Of a DNA stretch of 64,000 nucleotides, positions 19,321-28,356 are shown piece after piece. The position numbers and the translations under genes are program-made. The stretch is from positions 32,001-96,000 of the forward strand of contig CAVPJD010000008.1 of NCBI GenBank assembly GCA_963705165.1, given 5' to 3'. This stretch comes from an uncultured delta proteobacterium (GTDB lineage Bacteria > Desulfobacterota > Syntrophia > Syntrophales > UBA2192). The notes beneath the pieces were generated by a model that saw only the letters and a program-made list of their open reading frames with translations, was not told the origin of the DNA and ran no database searches. Position 1 is the stretch's first letter. Every line of letters begins with the position of its first letter.

Positions 19321-19460
19321 CTTCACTGCGCCCTCAAAAAAAATGGGGTTCAGAAAATGTGTTCAATTTAAGTATGTTAGCGCCACATGCGGGATCCATG
19401 GCGGTGGGCTTTCAGGGAGACCTTCCCGGCACCCCGCCAGGTTCTTGACGCAGGATGGAA

Positions 19461-19544
19461 AGTGACTGAGTGTTTGAGTGTCTGAGTGTCTAAGTGAAGA
19501 AAGAAGGGAATCGGGATTCGGGATTCCGGATGCCCGATTCCGGG
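19461..19544. repeat. Octamer (GTGTCTGA-like) plus heptamer (ATTCGGG-like) tandem repeats
   Basis: gtgactga gtgtttga gtgtctga gtgtctaa; aatcggg attcggg attccgg atgcccg attccgg. Confidence 0.75.
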
Positions 19545-19585
19545 CGCGAAGCGCCACCCATTACTGCTGGCGGTCGCGTGGAGGG

Positions 19586-20536
19586 CTAGCGGTTGGTGGA
19601 CGATTGGGCTTCGATCTGCCGAAGCAGGAGGGCCTGCGCGCGGCAGAGCCGGTGGGCTTCCGCGAGGGTCACTTGATGGAACCGCACCTGGTTGCCCGGC
19701 ACGGCCTGGGCGATCTTCGAAAGATCCGTCGAGATGACCGTGGCGATTTTCGTGTAGCCGCCCGTGGTCTGTTCGACGAGCAGGATGATGGGCTGCCCGT
19801 CGGCCGGCAGCTGGACGTTGCCCGGCACGGTGGGCTCCGAGATGATGCTCTGGGGAAAGCCCTCGTCGTGATGGACGGGAGGCCCCTGGAGGCGGCAGCC
19901 CATGCGGTCCGCCTCGGGTGTCACCTCGTAGATACTGCCGAAGAAGATCTCGAGCCCTGATCGGAAGGCTTCCTCCTGGGGACCGGCAACGGCCATCAAG
20001 GCGATCTCCGGTGAATACGCAGGGATGAAGTTCGCGGGAAGCGTCCGGGGCCTGGCGAGGAGTTCCCCGGGGAAGCGGGCAAGCACGTCGTCTTTCCTCA
20101 GAGGCCTGCCCTCGACACCCCCGATTTTCGCTTTCACGCAGGTGGCCCGGCTGCCCATGACGACGGGCACGTCGATGCCGCCCGTGACCGCGAGGTAAGA
20201 ACGACAGCCGCTTCTCGCCTGGCGGACGCGGATGACGTCGCCTTTCTTCACACGCACCGTTTGCCACATCGGGACGGGTTGCCGGTTCACCGTGACGGCC
20301 ATGTCGGCCCCCGCGAGGGCCACATCGGCTTCACCGAGAACTTCCAGTGCGGGACCCATCATGGTGATTTCAAGAACGGCCGTGCCGGCGGGATTGCCCA
20401 CCAGGAGGTTGGCGATGCCGTATGCGAAGAGATCCAGGGCTCCTGACGGGGGAACGCCGCGGTCGATGAAGCTGTAGCGACCCCGGTCCTGGACCGTCGT
20501 GAAGGAACCCGGCGAGATCACGCGGAAGGCGTCCAT
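19586..20536 (-). CDS. pxpC: 5-oxoprolinase subunit C (KipA/AHS2 family)
   Basis: TTVQDRGR, SGALD, NLLVGN, ADRMGCRL, GNVQLPADGQPII, QTTGGYTKI. Confidence 0.92.
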   Translation of the reverse strand: MDAFRVISPGSFTTVQDRGRYSFIDRGVPPSGALDLFAYGIANLLVGNPAGTAVLEITMMGPALEVLGEADVALAGADMAVTVNRQPVPMWQTVRVKKGDVIRVRQARSGCRSYLAVTGGIDVPVVMGSRATCVKAKIGGVEGRPLRKDDVLARFPGELLARPRTLPANFIPAYSPEIALMAVAGPQEEAFRSGLEIFFGSIYEVTPEADRMGCRLQGPPVHHDEGFPQSIISEPTVPGNVQLPADGQPIILLVEQTTGGYTKIATVISTDLSKIAQAVPGNQVRFHQVTLAEAHRLCRAQALLLRQIEAQSSTNR

Positions 20537-21240
20537 CAGGTGCCCTCCTTTGCGCGGATGCGTTCGTACTCCTCGCCCGTGACGGGCATAAAGCGGATGC
20601 GATCGCCTGCCTCGTAGAGAAAGGGGTTTTCCCGCTCGGGCGCGAAAAGTCGGAGCGGCGTGCGGCCAATGATCTGCCAGCCGCCGGGGCTGTCGACGGG
20701 GTACATGCCCGTCTGGGCCTCGGCGATGCCTACGGAGCCGCCGGGGAGGAGGGTTCGCGGCGTCTTCCGCCGTGGTGCGTGGATCCTCCTGTCGAGCCCG
20801 CCCAGGTAGCAGAAGCCGGGGGTGAAGCCGATCATGTAGATGGGGTAGTCCGTCGCCGCGTGGATGGCGATGACCTCTTCCACGGTCAGGACGTTGTGCT
20901 GCGCCACGACCTCGATGTCGGGACCGAACTCGCCGCCGTACAGGACTGGGATCTCGACAATCCGGGGCGCCGGGATCTCGATCTCGTGAAGCCGTGCTTC
21001 CAACCGCTGCAAGATGAAGAAAAGCTTCTCCGGCGACGTGACCAGGGGGTCGTAGATAAGCGACAGGTTGCGGTAGGCGGGGATGACGGCCTCGACGCCT
21101 TCGGGAAGCCCCTGCTTCAGGAGTGCCGCCACGGCACGGACCTTTTCGTTGACGGCGGGGTCGATCGCGTCGCCGTACTCGACCAGCACGGCCCGATCGC
21201 CGCTGATGCGGATGCGGGGTTTGTCGTAGAGGTGAGACAT
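20536..21240 (-). CDS. pxpB: 5-oxoprolinase subunit B (KipI/AHS1 family)
   Basis: GDRAVLV, EIPVLYGGEFGPD, GFTPGFCYLGG, GGSVGIA, SPGGWQIIGRT; start could be up to 21279. Confidence 0.92.
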   Translation of the reverse strand: MSHLYDKPRIRISGDRAVLVEYGDAIDPAVNEKVRAVAALLKQGLPEGVEAVIPAYRNLSLIYDPLVTSPEKLFFILQRLEARLHEIEIPAPRIVEIPVLYGGEFGPDIEVVAQHNVLTVEEVIAIHAATDYPIYMIGFTPGFCYLGGLDRRIHAPRRKTPRTLLPGGSVGIAEAQTGMYPVDSPGGWQIIGRTPLRLFAPERENPFLYEAGDRIRFMPVTGEEYERIRAKEGT

Positions 21241-21283
21241 GCGGCTTTCCGAGCCCATCCGTTTTTCTACCATGGTCATATCG

Positions 21284-21350
21284 AGGTATCAGGTATCAGG
21301 TACCAGGTCAGAAGGGCAGACAGCAGGAAATCCTGTCACCTGTCACCTGT
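21284..21350. repeat. Heptamer repeats with inverted arm (AGGTATC / CCTGTCA)
   Basis: aggtatc aggtatc aggtacc aggtc ... cctgtca cctgtca cctgt between pxpA and pxpB. Confidence 0.7.
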
Positions 21351-21357
21351 TTAACGG

Positions 21358-22137
21358 TCACTTCACGAACTTACCCATGGGAACAACGGCAATCCCCTCC
21401 CCTTCAATGGCAGAGCGGATATTCTTGACCAATTCCACCGCCGAGGGGTTGTCTCCGTGGACGCAGATCGTGTCGATCTGCATCTCGAGAACACCGCCGT
21501 CGGTCGTGATGATCTTTCCTTCCTTCGCCATGCGAAGGGCACGCTCGGCGGCCACCTTGGGGTCCTTGATGACGGCGCCCGGCTGGCTTCGCGTTGCGAG
21601 TTTCCCTTCGGGCGTGTAGGCCCGGTCGGGGAAGGCCTCGAAGGCGACCCGGATGCCCGCCTCCTTCGCGATCTTCGTCACGAGCGGCGCCTGGGCCCCG
21701 CCGAGGGCCAGGTAGATGACATTGTTATCGACGCCAGCAATGGCCTCGACAATGGCGCGGATCAGCGGCTCGTTGCCCACGCTTATGTTGTAGAGGCTCC
21801 CGTGGGGCTTCACGTGCTGGAGAGGCACGCCATGAATGGCGCAGAAGGCCTTCATGGCGCCGATCTGGTAGGCCACGTAGTCGCGAACCTCCTCGGGCGT
21901 GCAATCCATGTTTCGCCGCCCGAAACCGACGAGATCGGGGTAACCCGGGTGGGCGCCCACGCCCACGCCATGCTCTTTCGCGAGCTTTACCGTTTTGTAC
22001 ATGACATGGGCATCCCCTGCGTGGTAGCCGCATGCGATGTTGGCCGAGGTGACATACGGGATCACATTGACGTCCATCCCCATGGTCCAGGCGCCGACGC
22101 TTTCGCCCATGTCGCAGTTGAGGTCGATTTTTTTCAT
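21358..22137 (-). CDS. pxpA: 5-oxoprolinase subunit A (LamB/YcsF family)
   Basis: IDLNCDMGES, SANIACGYHAGD, GAHPGYPD, HVKPHGSLYN, TICVHGDN. Confidence 0.95.
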   Translation of the reverse strand: MKKIDLNCDMGESVGAWTMGMDVNVIPYVTSANIACGYHAGDAHVMYKTVKLAKEHGVGVGAHPGYPDLVGFGRRNMDCTPEEVRDYVAYQIGAMKAFCAIHGVPLQHVKPHGSLYNISVGNEPLIRAIVEAIAGVDNNVIYLALGGAQAPLVTKIAKEAGIRVAFEAFPDRAYTPEGKLATRSQPGAVIKDPKVAAERALRMAKEGKIITTDGGVLEMQIDTICVHGDNPSAVELVKNIRSAIEGEGIAVVPMGKFVK

Positions 22138-22154
22138 TTCCGTGCCCCCTTTTC

Positions 22155-23459
22155 TCACTTCATCTTGCTGGGCAGGTACAGGGCGATGTCGGGGAAGACC
22201 GTGAGCAGCACCGTCGCCAGCAGCATGATCAGGAAGAAAGGAAAGGCCGCCTTGGCGATGGTGAACAGGTCGTCGTTACTGAGCCCGCTGATGACGAAAA
22301 GGTTGAACCCCACGGGAGGTGTCACCTGAGCCAGTTCGATCATGACGACGAGATAGATCCCGAACCATATGAGGTCGAACCCGGCCGCCTCCACGAGCGG
22401 CAGGACCAGGGGCGCCGTCATGACGATCATCGAAAAGCCGTCGATGAGGCACCCGAGGAACAGGTAGAGAATCGTCAGGATGGCGATGAGCATGTAGGGC
22501 GAAAGCTGCATCGAGACGACGTATTGCGTGAGAGCCCTCGTGATCCCCAGAAACCCCATCACATTCGAGAGGTAGGAAGCGCCCATGACGATGAGCATGA
22601 TCATGCAGCTCGTCTTCACGGAGTTGATGAGGCTCACCTTGAAGACTTCCACGGTGAGGCTCCGGGTGACGGCCGCGAAGAAGAAGGCCCCCACGACCCC
22701 CACGGCGCCGGCCTCCGTCGGGGTGGCCCAGCCCATGTAGATGCTCCCGAGCACCATGAGCACCAGGAAGACCACGGGTGCGATGGCCGGGATGGCCTGG
22801 ATGCGGTCCAACCAGGTGAAGTGGTCATCCGCCTTGGGGGCAAGCGACGGGGTGATCATGCAACGAATCAGGATGTAGCCGCTGAACATCCCCGCGATCA
22901 TGAATCCCGGGATGAAGCCCGCGATGAAGAGCTTGCCGATGCTTACATCGCCGATGATGCCGTAGACGAGCATCATCATGCTGGGCGGGATCATGAAGCC
23001 CAGCGTCCCCGCGCCGGCGAGCGAGCCAATGGAGAGGGCGTGGTCGTAGTTGCGGCGCTCCAGCTCGGGGATGGTGATCTTCCCCACGGTGGCCGTCGTG
23101 GCCGCAGAGGAGCCGCTTACGGCGGCAAAGAAGGTGCAGGCCATGATGTTGACGTGGATGAGCCGCCCCGGGATCGCATCCATCCAGGGCGCAAGCCCCC
23201 GGAAGAGATCCGATGATATGCGGCTGCGGAAGAGGATTTCGCCCATCCATATGAAAAAGGGCAGGGCCATCATGGCCGAGCCGCTCGTGTTGTTCCAGGC
23301 CACGTTGGCGATGATCGAGCCGAAGGCGACGTCACTGTAGAAAAAGAACCCGCCGATCCCCACGAGGAACAGGGAGATGCCGATCCAGACGGAGCCGCCC
23401 AAAAAAAGGATGAGCATGCCGCAGATCGTGGCCGCTACGGGTCCCATATCAAGTTGCAT
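22155..23459 (-). CDS. dctM: TRAP transporter large permease
   Basis: ALPFFIWMGEIL, FAAVSGSSAAT, GTLGFMIPPS, TPTEAGA, TPPVGFNLF. Confidence 0.95.
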   Translation of the reverse strand: MQLDMGPVAATICGMLILFLGGSVWIGISLFLVGIGGFFFYSDVAFGSIIANVAWNNTSGSAMMALPFFIWMGEILFRSRISSDLFRGLAPWMDAIPGRLIHVNIMACTFFAAVSGSSAATTATVGKITIPELERRNYDHALSIGSLAGAGTLGFMIPPSMMMLVYGIIGDVSIGKLFIAGFIPGFMIAGMFSGYILIRCMITPSLAPKADDHFTWLDRIQAIPAIAPVVFLVLMVLGSIYMGWATPTEAGAVGVVGAFFFAAVTRSLTVEVFKVSLINSVKTSCMIMLIVMGASYLSNVMGFLGITRALTQYVVSMQLSPYMLIAILTILYLFLGCLIDGFSMIVMTAPLVLPLVEAAGFDLIWFGIYLVVMIELAQVTPPVGFNLFVISGLSNDDLFTIAKAAFPFFLIMLLATVLLTVFPDIALYLPSKMK

Positions 23460-23581
23460 GATTGTCTGATCTCCATGAGCTGCAGGAACCGAGCATGCTT
23501 CGGTGGCCTGAAAACGTCTCGCGAATTCCTTTTTTTCCCCCGCTTCCGATCTTCCGCGCTTCCGATCTTCCTGTCGTCACA

Positions 23582-24118
23582 TCACCGCCCCAGATCATCC
23601 GCTTCCTCGAGGATGCGAAGTCCCTCCGTATCCCGCCGCAGCATGGCAAAGCCCTTCAGGAACTCGGCCGCAAACTGCAGGGTCAGGAGCAAGGACCCGA
23701 CCGGGAGGAAGGCCTGCGGGATCGCCAGGTAGGTCTCCGAGATTTGCATGGACTGGGACTCGCTGACAACGGAGTCCCAGAAAAACTCCCAGGTAAAAGA
23801 TGTCAGGCCCACACAGAAAAGGAAGCCAATGATGAAGCAGACCATGTTGAAGATGACATGGGCCCTGCCCTTGATAATGTGAGGCAGGAACATCATCCGG
23901 ATGTGTCCGCGCTCGCGAAGCGTGTAGGCGAGGCCCGCAAACGTGAGCATGGCCATGAGGTAGCCCGTGTACTCGTCGGCGACATACAGGGTGCTGTTCA
24001 GAAAGCTCCGGAAGATGATCTCGCTGACGGAGATGACGAGGGCTATAGCCATCAGGATCCCCGCTACCCAGCCGCCGATGCCGGAAAGGTTGTCGATCAG
24101 GTTGATCAGCTTTTTCAT
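23582..24118 (-). CDS. dctQ: TRAP transporter small permease
   Basis: 4 TM helices, DEYTGY, AYTLRERGHIRM; between dctP and dctM. Confidence 0.92.
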   Translation of the reverse strand: MKKLINLIDNLSGIGGWVAGILMAIALVISVSEIIFRSFLNSTLYVADEYTGYLMAMLTFAGLAYTLRERGHIRMMFLPHIIKGRAHVIFNMVCFIIGFLFCVGLTSFTWEFFWDSVVSESQSMQISETYLAIPQAFLPVGSLLLTLQFAAEFLKGFAMLRRDTEGLRILEEADDLGR

Positions 24119-24221
24119 GTCGCGCCCCATTGAGCCGATTGGAACACCAGGTATAAATAGCGAGGGACCACGGAATTCTCTGCACCGTGGTCCCCGCTGT
24201 TTTTCCGTCAGGCTTCGCTTC

Positions 24222-25217
24222 TCAGCGGCCGACCTTCTTCAGGAAGTCCGCGTAGATCTTCTTGCCCTCGGGCGGCGCCATCTTGAGCCACTCGGCGCGG
24301 ATGTTCTGCGTGATCTTCTCGAGGTCCGCGAACATCTGCTTGGACGGGGGAACGGTCTCGATGCCGTTCTTGTTGCTGATGGCTTCCATGTCCTTGTCCC
24401 ACTTGGGGCCGCGCTCCCACATGATGGCCTCCATCTCCTTGCCGGCCTTCACGAGGGCGTCCTGCTGGGCCTTGGGAAGCTTCTGGAAGGCGGCCAGGTT
24501 GACGGTCACCATGTTCGTGGCGATCGTGATGTTCAGGGGCTCGAAGTACTTGAGCACTTCCCAGAACTTGGCGTCCACGGCGGTGGGCGTCGAGGTCATG
24601 ACGGAGTCGATGACACCTGTCTGCAGGGACGTGTAGACCTCGCTGAAGGGAAGCGCCAGCGGGGTTGCCCCGACGGCTTCCATCACGAGGGCGCCGTTCT
24701 TGTCATAGGTGCGGGTCTTGAGGCCCTTCAGGTCGGCAACGGTCGTGATCTTCTTCTTCGTCCAGAGACCGGCTCCCGGCCAGGGGGCGATGTAGAGGAT
24801 CTTCTGCTTCCACTTCCCCTCGGCCGTCTTGTCGAAGGCGGGCCGGGACAGGTCGATGAGCATCTTCAGTTCCTTGAAATCCCGGACGAGAAATGGCAGC
24901 GTCACGATCTGGAAGACCTTCTCGTCGCCGGCCACGCCGCTGATGAGCATGTCGGAGACGGGCACGAGGCCGTCCCGGACGACCTTCAGCAGCTCGGGCC
25001 CCTTGTAGCCCAGGGCGCCGCCGCTGCTCACCACCAGCTCGAGTTCGCCGTTGGTGGCCGTCTTCACCTTTTCGGCGAATTCCGTCAGCCCGACACTGTG
25101 GTTGTTCTTCGGGGGCCATACCGAGTTTGCATTCCACGTGGTCTTCGCGAGGCAGGGCGTTGCCAGAAACGCCGCCGCGACAACCAGGACAATCGTGAGC
25201 GTCCAAATTTTCTTCAT
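24222..25217 (-). CDS. dctP: TRAP transporter substrate-binding protein
   Basis: Signal peptide; GGALGYKGPELLKVVRDG, DLKGLKTRT, PFSEVYTSLQTGVID. Confidence 0.95.
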   Translation of the reverse strand: MKKIWTLTIVLVVAAAFLATPCLAKTTWNANSVWPPKNNHSVGLTEFAEKVKTATNGELELVVSSGGALGYKGPELLKVVRDGLVPVSDMLISGVAGDEKVFQIVTLPFLVRDFKELKMLIDLSRPAFDKTAEGKWKQKILYIAPWPGAGLWTKKKITTVADLKGLKTRTYDKNGALVMEAVGATPLALPFSEVYTSLQTGVIDSVMTSTPTAVDAKFWEVLKYFEPLNITIATNMVTVNLAAFQKLPKAQQDALVKAGKEMEAIMWERGPKWDKDMEAISNKNGIETVPPSKQMFADLEKITQNIRAEWLKMAPPEGKKIYADFLKKVGR

Positions 25218-25515
25218 AGGTCGCCTCTCCTTTTTTGAAATTACGGTTCGATGTGCGCTTGAAACAAGATGGGTAAACGTCAAAGTGGCGCTGATTATAG
25301 AAGGTTGCCCCGGCCAAATCAAGCGCAAACTGAAAAGAAATAGCCTTTTACATTCAGCGAGTTGAGTTTATATTGGGCAGGCCGGAACCGGGGACATCGT
25401 TACGTCTTGGTAACGGGTCGAAGGGTGATCCCGGCCCGATAAGATCATTTATGGACAGAACGCCTCGACCGACAGAATAAAAGGTATCCCGAAGCGCCGT
25501 CTGCAGAAAATAAAA

Positions 25516-27101
25516 CTACAGCAAATCCTCGACACTGATTCCAAGTTCTTTTTGCAGTTGATAGAGGAAATCCTTTGGATTGACAAACGCCTTGGTGTCC
25601 TCCAGGGTTATTTGCTTGCTGAAATCGAGGTCGTTCTTGTAAAACGAGTCTGCCAACTGCCGGGACAACTCATCATTCTCAAACACAATCGCCGATTCGC
25701 TGTTGAGTCTCCTGCTGCGCGGATCCATGTTGTAAGACCCGACAATCGAGACGCGGCGATCGAAAACGGCATATTTGGCATGGATGGTCCCTTCGGTTTG
25801 ATCGTTCGCGTGGGTCCGGCGACCCTGCCATTCCCAGATTTGCACGCCACCCCCATCACAGGACTTGACAACGGGTTCATCATTTACGACCAGCATATCG
25901 TCGTAGTAGTCCCGTCCCACGATGGTCAGCATGGGCAGATCGTTGGTTCCGGGGCTGTTGGTCAATATGATGACCTTTACGCACCTGCGTGCGGCACCCT
26001 TCACAGTCTCGATCAACGTTGCCGACGCAACGAAGTAGGCGTTGGCGATGAGGATTTCATTTTGGGCTCCCTTGATCGACTTCAGATAGGCCTGTTCGAT
26101 GTAGGTCTCGCCGAACCGGGGGCGGTTCTGGAAAAAGCGGCTCTTCGCATGTTGATCTTTCAAGTCCAGTTTTTTGTCGGCCATTTCGCGGACCACTTTG
26201 TCCAACCGCTCATCGGTGATGTGACTCATGTTGAGCTTTCCCGTCATCTTCATCATGGTGCGCGTGGCGCTCCAGTACTTGTCGGTGTTGAAAATGCCTC
26301 GGCTTTCCTTGACTTTGTGAAAATACTCATAATTGCGTTCAAAGGTTGTCACCATGTCCTTGACGACATCGCCCTTTACGATCACATCCTGGTCCCGCCA
26401 GTAACGGCCGGGCTCCTGAGGATCGACGCGAAAATATTCATTGGCAATGTTCAATCCCCCCGCGACAGCCACTCCGTGATCGGTTTCCCCGTCGATGATC
26501 CACATCTTTTCATGGTACCGCTTGTTCGGATCGGTTGTTTTGTCCGGAGCGTCATGGCTTATCACGGGCAGCTCGTTCACCCATTGGAGATAAAAGGTTT
26601 CATAGCCTTCCACTTCGATGCCGTGCTGCTTCAAATCAAAATACATCATCTGTGTCTGGGGTCCCGGGTTGGACATGGCATCGACAATGACCCGGACATC
26701 CAGTCCCTGGGCCTTCTTTTCCTTCAAGAGTTCAGCAATATATAACCCGGATTCATCGCCCGTGAAGATCAGGGCCTGGATGCGAACGGAGGTATCGGCA
26801 TTCCTGAGGGTCTGGATGCGCGCGGCAAAGGAATCATCACCATTGGGCAATACGGCAATACGGCATGTTTCCGGGGGATGAACCTTGAACAGCCCGCTGA
26901 TGCCAACTTCCTCGTTAGAGCTGCCGACAAATTCCCCGGGGTCGTCGAACGGCGTGCCCCGAATCGCTGAGGCTTGCACAGTGCTTGGAGGCGCCGTTTT
27001 CCCTTCAGTGCCTTTGTCTCCAATCGACCGGGTGGACGCACAGGAGAGTGAACCATGAAGAGGATGATTGCCAGGACGAATCTCAGCGAGTCGCTTTTCA
27101 T
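25516..27101 (-). CDS. Phospholipase D family protein (two HKD motifs), probable lipoprotein; 1-nt indel in signal peptide
   Basis: YHEKMWIID and IHAKYAVFD, GGLNIANEY, GSYNMDPRS. One extra G at 27053-54 gives MKSDSLRFVLAIILFMGSLSC. Confidence 0.9.
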
Positions 27102-27238
27102 GTCGCACCCTTAGTTACTCGGAAATCGATCACGGACTGCATTTCCGAGAGCGCGGCGCCTCTGCCGTGTTGACAACGGGCAACGCCCCTGTTAAGAAAG
27201 TCCGAGGGAACGCTGAAAACAATTCGTGGGACTGTTCC

Positions 27239-28312
27239 ATGAGCATTGCCAAGGCCCTGCTGCCCATCGCGCTCATTACCCTTCTTGCGGCCTGCGGCGG
27301 CAAAGCCGTCCTGCCGCCGGTTGCCGACACGGTGCCCCTCATCCTGGCGCCGATATCGAACACGACAACGGCCGATGCGCGCGGGCGCTTCCGGGAAATC
27401 TACTGCGCCGTTCGCGAGGATCACGGCACATCGCTTCCCGATGACCGGCCCTGTGACGAGGCCCTCTGGAAACTGGCCGAGGAACCCGCGCCCTCTGGAC
27501 GGCCCGTCAACCTGGGGAAACCGCAGACCAACCTGAGGATCCTGGTGGTGCCCGGGCTCTTCAATGACTGCCTGGCCCACATGATCTCCGTGTTTTCCGA
27601 CGCCCTCGCCCACCTCGAAACACTCGGGTACAAGACGGGTTATCTTCCCGTCGACGGCCGTTCCGGCTGCGCACGCAATGCGCTCCAGATCCGGGACTAT
27701 CTTCTTTCTGCGGCCCTCGATCCCGGCGAGCAAGCCATCCTCGTCGGTTACTCCAAGGGGACCCCGGACATCCTGGAGGCCCTGGTCGAATATCCCGAGG
27801 TCCTTCCACGAGTTGCTGCCGTTGTGTCCGTCGCCGGTGCCGTGGGAGGCAGCCCCCTGGCCGATGAACTGGCTGATTTCTATCAGTCGATCCTGATGCA
27901 TGTCCCCGCCCCCCATTGCCCGGCAGGGGACGGCGGCGGCATCGAAAGCCTGAGGCCCCGCACGCGCCACCTCTGGCTGTCGAATCACCCGATTCCCGAA
28001 GGGGTTCGCTTCTACTCGCTGGCGAACTTTGCCGGCCGGGACGAGACCTCGTCGATCATGCGGCCGAAATACGATCACCTTGCCCGCATCGACTCCCGAA
28101 ATGACGGCTCGGTGATTTTCTACGACATGATCATCCCCGGGAGCACGCTCCTCGGCTATGCCCGGGCGGACCACCTGGCCGTCGCGATGCCCTTCAACCG
28201 CGCATGGCCGACGCTGTCGGCCGGCATCCTGGACCGCAACGCCTTCCCGCGGGAGGTTCTCCTCGAGGCCGCGATCCGTTTCGTCGAGGAGGACCTGCTC
28301 GCCGCCCGGTGA
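27239..28312 (+). CDS. Alpha/beta-hydrolase (lipase-like) lipoprotein
   Basis: LLAAC lipobox; LVVPG oxyanion region, GYSKG nucleophile, GSPLAD, NDG, DHL. Confidence 0.88.
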   Translation: MSIAKALLPIALITLLAACGGKAVLPPVADTVPLILAPISNTTTADARGRFREIYCAVREDHGTSLPDDRPCDEALWKLAEEPAPSGRPVNLGKPQTNLRILVVPGLFNDCLAHMISVFSDALAHLETLGYKTGYLPVDGRSGCARNALQIRDYLLSAALDPGEQAILVGYSKGTPDILEALVEYPEVLPRVAAVVSVAGAVGGSPLADELADFYQSILMHVPAPHCPAGDGGGIESLRPRTRHLWLSNHPIPEGVRFYSLANFAGRDETSSIMRPKYDHLARIDSRNDGSVIFYDMIIPGSTLLGYARADHLAVAMPFNRAWPTLSAGILDRNAFPREVLLEAAIRFVEEDLLAAR

Positions 28313-28356
28313 ACAGCCGCCCGCAGCGCGTCCTGCATCCGCAAACACCCGCCCGG

